NCBI GenBank assembly: GCA_016839705.1
Contig: JAEOTR010000012.1
Span: 1 to 54,412, forward strand
Source of the DNA: Promethearchaeota archaeon
Lineage (GTDB): Archaea; Asgardarchaeota; Lokiarchaeia; Sigyniarchaeales; SOKP01
Length of the DNA stretch: 54,412 bases
Direction: 5' to 3'
The position numbers were made by a program, and so were the translations under genes. The notes beneath the pieces are model-generated. The model was not told the origin of the DNA. It worked only from the letters and a program-made list of their open reading frames with translations, and made no database searches. This document shows, piece by piece, positions 36,320 to 44,275 of this stretch (its first letter is position 1; every line of letters begins with the position of its first letter).

Positions 36320-37627
36320 TTATTTAATCCATGGGTCTGGTAATTTTAAACTATCAAGTGCTTTGTCTTCGAAAACTTGTTTAGCAACATGCATTAATGT
36401 CTTTTCAATTCCAGCTATATTGTGGTTGGTAGCAACTAAAAGGTTAGCTTTTTTACAGATACCTTCGGCATCAGACCAGATGTTATATAATAGTAATCCT
36501 CGTGGCGCTTCAGTTACTCCTACACCATTTCCTTCCCTTGGTTGGACATCAAGAGTTTTACAGTCTGGATTGACCACGTCAGGATCTTGAAGAAGGGTAG
36601 CAATAACTTCAATTGATTCAACGAGTTCTATAAGTCTAGCCCAATGATACGCAAATGTGTGATGGATAACATTAGTACCAACTTTTGCTCTCATTGCTTG
36701 TAATGCCTCATCTGCTAATGGAGTCGCCATTTTATCAGCACAGTTAATCATCGCTAGAGTATTAGCCCTATAAATTCCTTCGGGATATCCCGCGGGTTTA
36801 TAATACATATGGGTTGCGTAAGAATGTTCTGGAATGTGTTCTCCTAATGCGTCTAAATATTTTTGTGGAGCATAATCAAATTTTTCTCCAGTGGGAGAGA
36901 CAATTCTAATATCGCCATCATAAATATCATGAACGCCATTTTTAGTTATACCAACATAATAGGTAGGAACAACTCCGACATTAGCAACAACATCCCAATA
37001 ATCTTCGACAACTTTCAACCCGATTTCTACTGTCTTCTTTGACCATTCAACTTGATCCTCGATTTGTTTTAAAAACAAATCCCTTGCGCTTTCGTCCATA
37101 GGCTTCTTCATACCACCGACAATCGCCGAAACAGGATGTACAGACTTTCCACCGATTTCTTGGCATAACTTTTGACCAAAATCCATCATCTTTAATGCCA
37201 TTGCACCTACATCTGGCATTTGATTAATAACATGTACTACATTCCGTAATGCAGGATCAGCCATAGGTCCTAATAAGAAATCCGGGGCTGCGAGTGCATA
37301 AAAATGCAGTGCATGTGATGAATATTGTTTTGCGTTTTGTAATAATTGTCGTAATTTATATGCCGCAGGAGGAATCTGTACGCCCCACGCATCTTCTACA
37401 GCTTTAGTAGGTGTTAGATGATGAGGAATCGGACAAATACCACAAATTCGGGGAGTTATTCTTGGAATATGTTCACAGTAACGCCCTTCGAGAAATTTTT
37501 CAAAAAATCTCGTAGATGTAATACTAAATTGAACATCTTGAACAGTTCCATCATCACCAAGTTTCACTTTTAACGTGTTATGGCCTTCTAATCGAGTAAC
37601 AGGTTCGACAACAATTTCTTTTCCCAT
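36320..37627 (-). CDS. mvhA: F420-non-reducing (group 3c) hydrogenase large subunit, split VhuA type
   Basis: EPVTRLEGH, RFFEKFLEGR, PRICGICP..H and EAPRGLL motifs. Lacks the C-terminal DPCxxCxxH. Confidence 0.93.
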   Translation of the reverse strand: MGKEIVVEPVTRLEGHNTLKVKLGDDGTVQDVQFSITSTRFFEKFLEGRYCEHIPRITPRICGICPIPHHLTPTKAVEDAWGVQIPPAAYKLRQLLQNAKQYSSHALHFYALAAPDFLLGPMADPALRNVVHVINQMPDVGAMALKMMDFGQKLCQEIGGKSVHPVSAIVGGMKKPMDESARDLFLKQIEDQVEWSKKTVEIGLKVVEDYWDVVANVGVVPTYYVGITKNGVHDIYDGDIRIVSPTGEKFDYAPQKYLDALGEHIPEHSYATHMYYKPAGYPEGIYRANTLAMINCADKMATPLADEALQAMRAKVGTNVIHHTFAYHWARLIELVESIEVIATLLQDPDVVNPDCKTLDVQPREGNGVGVTEAPRGLLLYNIWSDAEGICKKANLLVATNHNIAGIEKTLMHVAKQVFEDKALDSLKLPDPWIK

Positions 37628-37630
37628 TTT

Positions 37631-38953
37631 TTATTCGCCTCCTTTAAAACTTCTATTAGTTGCTAAGGTAAATTTCTCAAATGTGCCTATGTGGTCCTTT
37701 ACCTGAGCGAGTAATTCCTTTTTGGAAATACTCACATTATATCCTTTAAGTATTAGGTCTGCAAATCTCTCTGCTTGATTAACACCCCACTCAGTCTGAC
37801 CAAAACAGCCTGTACATGGAGAATTAACCTTTATACACATACCACCACAGCCAGCTTGAGTAATGGGGCCCGCACAAATATATCCTTGTTCAATAAAACA
37901 ATCTTCCATATTAGGAAGCCCCTCGTAGTCTCTTTTAACTCTAGTCATTGTAGATTTACTCCCAATAATTCTGGGACAAGTATCACAGACAGTTGAAATT
38001 TCAGTGAAGCCACGATTATCCTTTAAGAATTCCATCAATGTTCTAGCGATCTCTTCTGTCGTAGGAGGGAGATTTGCTAATACAATTCCAGGAGAACCAT
38101 GTCTCTTTATATTTTTTAATATATCTCCTGCTAAATCAAATCCCGCCATTAAAGGAATGTTTAAAAATAGTGGCAGGAATTCATAAAGAGTCTTCATGTC
38201 TCCCGAACTGAGTTTACCTGGTTTTTTTGCCATTTTAACTAGTTTATCCGCCCTAGAATCAACCGTTTTCGCAGGTCCAAAGCAACCAACACAAGGTTTA
38301 TTATCACTAGTACACTTTAAACTGCACCCGATACTAGTAATTGGACCGAAGCAGAGTGTTCCTCTATCCAATAAACAATTTTCTTTAATAGCGCAATTGT
38401 TGCAGAATGCTAAATCATTCATCGGTTGTGCTTTCTGCCCTAATAAGAAAACTACTGCGCTTGCAATTGCTTCTGGTTTTGGAGGACATCCAGACATATA
38501 CGCATCAACTTTAATAATTTCATCAACAGGAACGATTTTATCGGTGAATCCTGGCATATTAATCGTTGGCTCTCCACTACTTCCATCAGCTATACTTTCT
38601 ACTTCCGAAAATTTACGCTTTACTAAGTTATTCTTGTTCCATTGATTAGCTAATCCATGCACATTACCATAACATGAACAAGATCCGAAAGCTATAATTA
38701 AAGCTGATTTTTGTCGTAGTAATTTTGTTTGTTCGATATCATGTTTAGTTCGTAAACTCCCTTCAACAAATCCTACAAGAATTTCTCCGTCTGCTCTTGC
38801 TTTCAATGAGTCATATTTAAAATCAACTACAGCTGGCCAATAGACAATCTCTAATGCTGGAAGTATATTAAGCAAACCTAAATGTAGATTGAGTAAGCTT
38901 TGATGACACCCCCAACAATCAGAATTTTGTAAGAATGCTACTTTTACAGCCAT
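37631..38953 (-). CDS. mvhG: F420-non-reducing hydrogenase small subunit with duplicated C-terminal Fe-S module
   Basis: CWGC, VEGS, AFGSCSCYG and GCPP motifs, plus two copies of CxxC...C....C.GPIT..GC...C.....PC.GCFG. Confidence 0.92.
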   Translation of the reverse strand: MAVKVAFLQNSDCWGCHQSLLNLHLGLLNILPALEIVYWPAVVDFKYDSLKARADGEILVGFVEGSLRTKHDIEQTKLLRQKSALIIAFGSCSCYGNVHGLANQWNKNNLVKRKFSEVESIADGSSGEPTINMPGFTDKIVPVDEIIKVDAYMSGCPPKPEAIASAVVFLLGQKAQPMNDLAFCNNCAIKENCLLDRGTLCFGPITSIGCSLKCTSDNKPCVGCFGPAKTVDSRADKLVKMAKKPGKLSSGDMKTLYEFLPLFLNIPLMAGFDLAGDILKNIKRHGSPGIVLANLPPTTEEIARTLMEFLKDNRGFTEISTVCDTCPRIIGSKSTMTRVKRDYEGLPNMEDCFIEQGYICAGPITQAGCGGMCIKVNSPCTGCFGQTEWGVNQAERFADLILKGYNVSISKKELLAQVKDHIGTFEKFTLATNRSFKGGE

Positions 38954-39096
38954 TTTATATCAATTTTTTGTTGTTTTTTTATTTGGTTAAATTAGCTAAT
39001 TTGTAATAAAAAAAATTAGTTGAGATAGTGTATTCTTAACTTTATTAAAAGCTTCTGATTCAATTAATATTCTATTTAAGAGAAGTTCAGAAAAGA

Positions 39097-39116
39097 TTAT
39101 GAATATATATTCATAA
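39097..39116. promoter_or_regulatory. Perfect 20-bp palindrome, candidate operator in a divergent promoter
   Basis: TTATGAATAT|ATATTCATAA, centred between the mvhG and tusA starts. Confidence 0.55.
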
Positions 39117-39271
39117 ACGAGAAATATCTAATTAAGAGCTCGATTTTCGAAATAATTTTATAATTTAAAGTGATATCTTGGGGAATATTAATTAATTTTA
39201 AATATTCTAAAGTATAAAATTTATTATCGATTTTAAATCGAATAATTATTCAAAAAAAAAGTTGGATTAAA

Positions 39272-39505
39272 ATGGTAGATATTACAGAAACACTGGATTG
39301 TTCGGGCGAAGTATGTCCTTATCCAGATGTGAAAAGTAAAAGAAAAGTAAAAAAGATGAATTCAGGCGAAGTTTTGGAAGTAATTGTTGATTATCCTCTT
39401 TCAGCTGAAAGAATTCCTGAAACCATGGAGTCTTTAGGGCATGAGGTATTATCTGTTGATAAAACCGGAACTTCTTCTTGGAAGATTCTAATCAAAATAA
39501 AATAA
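39272..39505 (+). CDS. tusA: TusA/SirA (YeeD/YedF-like) sulfur carrier
   Basis: LDCSGEVCPYP motif and GEVLEVIVDYP. Confidence 0.92.
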   Translation: MVDITETLDCSGEVCPYPDVKSKRKVKKMNSGEVLEVIVDYPLSAERIPETMESLGHEVLSVDKTGTSSWKILIKIK

Positions 39506-39517
39506 GGTGAAAAAAAA

Positions 39518-40555
39518 ATGGATTTTTGGTATCAGTTAATAGCAGGGCTCATAATTGGAGCCATTTTTGGTTTTATACTGCAGCGTGGAAGATTCTGTAT
39601 GAATTCAGCCTTTAGAGATATAATCTTGCTGAAGGAATATAAACTAGCAAAAGCAGTAGCTGTCTCATTAGCAGTTCTAATGGTTGGTTTCGCAATTTTT
39701 GCATTTGGTGGAGTCATTACTTTAAACCCTAACTCTTTTCAACCAGTAGGCGCAATAGTTGGTGGTTTAGTATTCGGAATTGGAATGGTTCTTGCGGCAG
39801 GATGTGCGAGTGGAACTACATATCGCGTTGGAGAGGGTATGATAGGATCGTTGGTTGCAGCTATTGGGCTTACATTGGGCGCAGTAATGGCATCTTGGGG
39901 TGTTTTAGGAGATGTGAGAATTTACTTACGAAGTGTTGTAGATCTCGGACAAATTACCCTTTTTGGAGAGTTTGGAGCATTAGGAATGATTTTACCGACC
40001 ATGATGATTATCATTGGTTTAATCGGAATAGTATTAATGTTTTACTTCTGGGGATGGCCAGCAATTAAAAAGAAAAGAGACGCAAATGAACCTTTGATAA
40101 AAACTGAAAATTTTAAAGAATCAGCCTTTAAAAAAGGATATCCTTGGTGGGTAACAGGTATTCTTATTGGTTTAATATTAACAGCAGGTTTTATTACTTT
40201 TAATGGAGTAGTCGGAATTACAGGTGGCTGGAGACAGATAGATCAATGGCTTGTATTAGAAACTGTTATTGGTTGGGCTGGTTTTATAATTTTTGGGGTT
40301 ATTATTGGATCTTTCATTAGTGCTATCATCGCTAAAGAGTTTAAACTTAGAGCTCCAGATGGACTTACTTTATTCAAGCAGCTTATTGGCGGTCTTTTAA
40401 TGGGTTTTGGTGCTATAACAGCAGCAGGATGTAATATTACAAATATTTTAGGCGGAGTACCCCAACTTTCATTGCACAGTATAGTAGCAGGCGCTTGTAT
40501 AATGTTTGGATCTTGGATTGCAGCTTATCTATTGTTCATGTGGAGAAAAGATTAG
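39518..40555 (+). CDS. YeeE/YedE family thiosulfate/selenium transporter
   Basis: QRGRFCM, GG.VFGIGMVLAAGCASG and GGLLMGFGA..A.GCNI motifs with the three conserved Cys. Confidence 0.92.
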   Translation: MDFWYQLIAGLIIGAIFGFILQRGRFCMNSAFRDIILLKEYKLAKAVAVSLAVLMVGFAIFAFGGVITLNPNSFQPVGAIVGGLVFGIGMVLAAGCASGTTYRVGEGMIGSLVAAIGLTLGAVMASWGVLGDVRIYLRSVVDLGQITLFGEFGALGMILPTMMIIIGLIGIVLMFYFWGWPAIKKKRDANEPLIKTENFKESAFKKGYPWWVTGILIGLILTAGFITFNGVVGITGGWRQIDQWLVLETVIGWAGFIIFGVIIGSFISAIIAKEFKLRAPDGLTLFKQLIGGLLMGFGAITAAGCNITNILGGVPQLSLHSIVAGACIMFGSWIAAYLLFMWRKD

Positions 40556-40578
40556 ACTGTGGAGATGATGAGTTAAAA

Positions 40579-40941
40579 ATGGGAAGACTGGGAATTCTTT
40601 TTTTCAATGGTCCTTACCAAGCACAATCCTCAGAGACAGTAGTGAAATTAGCAAATGCTGCGTTAGACAAAGGGCATGAAGTGCATATTTTTTGCTATAT
40701 GGATGCTGTTAATGCTGCTTTAGAGAATCAAAAGAATGTTGAGGGGATCTATAATATCGAAGAGGGATTTAAAGAGATCCTCGAGAAAGGAGCAACAGTG
40801 AGATTATGTAATCTCTGTTTATTGGTAAGAGGTACCATGAAAAATTGCTTAAAGAGAGAATGCGGTGACGTTAAACGAGCAGGAACTCCTGATCTGGCGA
40901 AGATTATTGAAGAAACGGATCGATTAGTTGTAATATGTTGA
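40579..40941 (+). CDS. dsrE: DsrE/TusD family sulfur relay protein
   Basis: GPY......LA.AAL.KGHEV.IF.Y.DAV and CNLC..VRG motifs. Probable start ATG 40579. Confidence 0.88.
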   Translation: MGRLGILFFNGPYQAQSSETVVKLANAALDKGHEVHIFCYMDAVNAALENQKNVEGIYNIEEGFKEILEKGATVRLCNLCLLVRGTMKNCLKRECGDVKRAGTPDLAKIIEETDRLVVIC

Positions 40942-40950
40942 GGTGATATC

Positions 40951-41295
40951 ATGTCTGAAGAAAAAGAGATAGTTATACTTTTACGGCAACCTCCTCACGG
41001 TACTCTTTATCCTGTCGAGGGACTAAGGATGTCAGTTGCGGTGAGTGGTGATTTTGAACCAATAACTATAGCCATTAATGATGGTGTCTATACGTTTCTA
41101 AAGGATGTAGATAAAACCATGTATTCGATGCACATTAATTTCTTAAAAGATATTGATTTAGAAATTTATGTAGATAAAAAATCACTTGATGAGCGTGGAC
41201 TCACTAAAGATGATTTAATTGAAAGCGTTGAAATAAAGGAACATGGTGAAATCTTACAAATTATTGAAAAATCAACAGTTACCATACCATTTTAG
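40951..41295 (+). CDS. dsrF: DsrF/TusC family protein
   Basis: RQPPHG....EGLR...DGVY and YVD..SL.ERGL motifs. Confidence 0.85.
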   Translation: MSEEKEIVILLRQPPHGTLYPVEGLRMSVAVSGDFEPITIAINDGVYTFLKDVDKTMYSMHINFLKDIDLEIYVDKKSLDERGLTKDDLIESVEIKEHGEILQIIEKSTVTIPF

Positions 41296-41309
41296 GAGGT
41301 GCAAAACTA

Positions 41310-41609
41310 ATGGGCAAAAAAGTTCTGTATTTTATTTCAAGTGAAGATATAACAGGAGTACAACTTGCTATGGAACATACTGATGAGGATGATGTTACAA
41401 TATTTTTCCTTCAAAACGCGGTCTATTTTGCAAGTAAATCTAACAAAACAGTTTCCCAAGCTTTAAATCAAAACAAAACTGTGGCAGCATGTAAAGAAGA
41501 CGTAGATATCCGAGGATTAAACAATTTCATTTCTGATAAAATAAAATTAATTTCATCGAGCGATGTTATTGATTTGATTTTTGGAAGTGAGACTATTATA
41601 AATATGTAA
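41310..41609 (+). CDS. dsrH: DsrH/TusB family protein
   Basis: LQNAVY and EDV.IRGL motifs, third gene of a dsrEFH triplet. Confidence 0.82.
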   Translation: MGKKVLYFISSEDITGVQLAMEHTDEDDVTIFFLQNAVYFASKSNKTVSQALNQNKTVAACKEDVDIRGLNNFISDKIKLISSSDVIDLIFGSETIINM

Positions 41610-41730
41610 TTTAATCAATCAAACAATTCTTTTTTTTTTTATTTTATATTAAAAATTCTTAATAAATTTCTTGTTTTCTTCAGTTTGTTATAATCTAAAT
41701 TCTTTTAATTTTTGTTTCAATTTTTCATTT

Positions 41731-42783
41731 ATGAGTAAAAAAAAAGAAGGTCCCAGCATTATTAGGTTAGCTCATGGTGCGGGTGGGGTCTTACAAGAAG
41801 AGTTAATAAAATTTATCACTCAAAATATTTATTTTAAAAATGTTAATAATGGAATTGGTGTGGAGGAGTTAGATGATGGAGCGACAATTCCATTAAAAGA
41901 CTATGAAAAAGAAATAGTCATTACTGCAGATGGGCATACAGTGTTTCCTTTATTTTTTCCTGGAGGAGACTTAGGGAGTTTGAGCGTTTGTGGGACAGTA
42001 AATGATCTAATCATGATGGGGGCAGAACCGTTAGCTTTAACATCAATGATCATTATTGAAGAGGGATTTGAATTCACTAAACTTGGAGAAATCGTTAATT
42101 CTCTCAATAAGAAGGCAAAAGAAGCAAATATAGCTATTATTGCGGGAGATACAAAAATTATGCCGAGAGGTACACTAAATGAAATAATTATAGCAACAAC
42201 AGGTATTGGGATAAAAGATAAGAAAATTAGAATTTTAGATAGTTTACTGAAACCTGGAGATAAAATTATCGTTACTGGATCTATTGGGGATCATGGAACA
42301 GCATTAATGGCTTCTCGAGAGGGTTTAAATATCTCTACTGATTTAAAATCAGATATCTCATTATTACTTGAGATCTATAACGCAATCAAATTTGAGATTA
42401 CTAATAATTATATTCATGCTATGAAAGATCCTACACGAGGTGGCTTAGCTGCAGCTTTAAACGATTGGGCAGCAAAATCTAATGTAAGCATTTTGATTGA
42501 TGAAGAGGCAGTCCCAATTAAAAAACAAGTCATCGCTATATGTAATATGTTAGGATTAGATCCCTATAATATTGCCTGTGAGGGTAGAGCTCTATTGGCG
42601 GTCGATCCTTTATATTCAATAGATGTTATAGATAAATTAAAATCGACTAAAATTGGAAAGGGTGCTAAAATAATTGGAGAAGTAAAGGCTGATAATCCGA
42701 AGAGAGTATTCCTAAAAACAATTGTGGGGGGTACTAGATTTGTAGATATGCCTTTAGGAGAGCCCATTCCTCGAATTTGCTAA
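41731..42783 (+). CDS. hypE: Hydrogenase maturation carbamoyl dehydratase HypE
   Basis: LAHGAGG, PLFFPGGDLG...GTVND, GDTK, DPTRGG and C-terminal PRIC. Probable start ATG 41731. Confidence 0.96.
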   Translation: MSKKKEGPSIIRLAHGAGGVLQEELIKFITQNIYFKNVNNGIGVEELDDGATIPLKDYEKEIVITADGHTVFPLFFPGGDLGSLSVCGTVNDLIMMGAEPLALTSMIIIEEGFEFTKLGEIVNSLNKKAKEANIAIIAGDTKIMPRGTLNEIIIATTGIGIKDKKIRILDSLLKPGDKIIVTGSIGDHGTALMASREGLNISTDLKSDISLLLEIYNAIKFEITNNYIHAMKDPTRGGLAAALNDWAAKSNVSILIDEEAVPIKKQVIAICNMLGLDPYNIACEGRALLAVDPLYSIDVIDKLKSTKIGKGAKIIGEVKADNPKRVFLKTIVGGTRFVDMPLGEPIPRIC

Positions 42784-42795
42784 GAGGTATAGAGT

Positions 42796-43890
42796 ATGGA
42801 TATTCCTGGATTAAAACTTTTAAGGAGTAAAGAGTTCACATCTCAGATCATCAAGGCAATAAATAATACGATTAAAGAAATATCCAAACCTGTTAAATTT
42901 ATGCATGTATGCGGAACTCATGAGCATACAATCTCAAAGTATGGATTAAGGACGCTTTTACCAAAAGAAATTGAAATTCTGTCAGGTCCAGGGTGTCCCG
43001 TATGTGTCTGTCCTGCAGCAGATATTGATAAAGCTGTTGAACTTGGACAGCGAGATGATACAATTATAACAACTTTTGGAGATATGATACGAGTTCCAGC
43101 GACTACAATTTCTTTAGCTGAACTCAAGGCTAAAGGTGCCGATGTTCGAATAGTCTATGGACCAAATGATGCTGTTAAAATAGCAAAAGAGAATCCAGAT
43201 AAAGAAGTTATATTTTTTGCCATAGGGTTTGAAACTACTGTTCCCTTAATTGGGTATGAATTACAATCTAATCCTCCGTCGAACTTTTCTGTGATATGTG
43301 CTCATAAATTAATTCCAGCTGCTTTAGAACTTTTAATGAGCCAGTCTCAACTCCAAATTGATGGATTTATATCACCGGGTCATGTTTCGACCATAATCGG
43401 TATGAAGCCATATGAAATATTTTCACAAGGGTATAAAATTCCTAATGTAATTTCGGGATTTGAACCTAACGATGTTTTGCTCTCAATTTTTATGCTTTTA
43501 AAACAAGTGAGAGATAGAAAATATGACTCTTTAAATGAATATTCTAGAGTTGTTAAACCAGAAGGAAATAGAATTGCTCAAAGTATTATTGAGGATGTTT
43601 TTCAGCCTGTTTCCTCTCCATGGAGGGGAATCGGGAGAGTTCTTGATGGAGGTTTAGTTATTAGAAAAAACTATGAAGAATTTGATGCAGATAAAAAATA
43701 TGATATAAAGATTGAAAAGTCTCAAGATATTCCTCCTGGTTGTTCATGCCACTTAATAATGGTCGGAAAACTCTATCCTTATGAATGCAAGTTATTTAGA
43801 AAAGAGTGTACTCCAATTAATCCAATTGGACCTTGTATGGTATCAATGGAAGGCACATGTTCTATTTACTATAAATACCATAGTGAATAA
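42796..43890 (+). CDS. hypD: Hydrogenase maturation protein HypD
   Basis: MHVCGTH, GPGCPVC, GFETT, PGHVS and PIGPCMVS.EG.C motifs. Confidence 0.96.
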   Translation: MDIPGLKLLRSKEFTSQIIKAINNTIKEISKPVKFMHVCGTHEHTISKYGLRTLLPKEIEILSGPGCPVCVCPAADIDKAVELGQRDDTIITTFGDMIRVPATTISLAELKAKGADVRIVYGPNDAVKIAKENPDKEVIFFAIGFETTVPLIGYELQSNPPSNFSVICAHKLIPAALELLMSQSQLQIDGFISPGHVSTIIGMKPYEIFSQGYKIPNVISGFEPNDVLLSIFMLLKQVRDRKYDSLNEYSRVVKPEGNRIAQSIIEDVFQPVSSPWRGIGRVLDGGLVIRKNYEEFDADKKYDIKIEKSQDIPPGCSCHLIMVGKLYPYECKLFRKECTPINPIGPCMVSMEGTCSIYYKYHSE

Positions 43891-44275
43891 AAATCCTAAA
43901 TAGACCACGGAAAGGATTGATTATATTTTTTTGATTCCCATAAATCTGTTGCAGGAAAATTTCGTCTATTTTTCAATCCTTAAATAAATATGAAGAATAT
44001 ATGAATTCTAATATTATTTTTCTCGTACTTTAAATACACTTTTTAAGATATAAAACACCGAACCATTAATTGATGGTGGGAGGTTTTATAAAATGCCATT
44101 CCAAGGAGAAACACAGCCAGAAAGTACAAATTAACCTAAAATATATATTTTCTTGTTTTCAATAGGTTGGTAGAATCCTTCAAGGATTTCTACTTAATAT
44201 TTTTCTTAAAAAATTTATAAAATCTCAATTTAATTTTTTTATGATTGTTCCTTAGTTTAGTTAAAAAACTGGCAA

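Noticed and set aside
40495-41730. ORF-track N-terminal extensions of dsrE (40495) and hypE (41671)
   Set aside because: They overlap the upstream gene or T-rich terminator. Family homology begins at ATG 40579 and ATG 41731.
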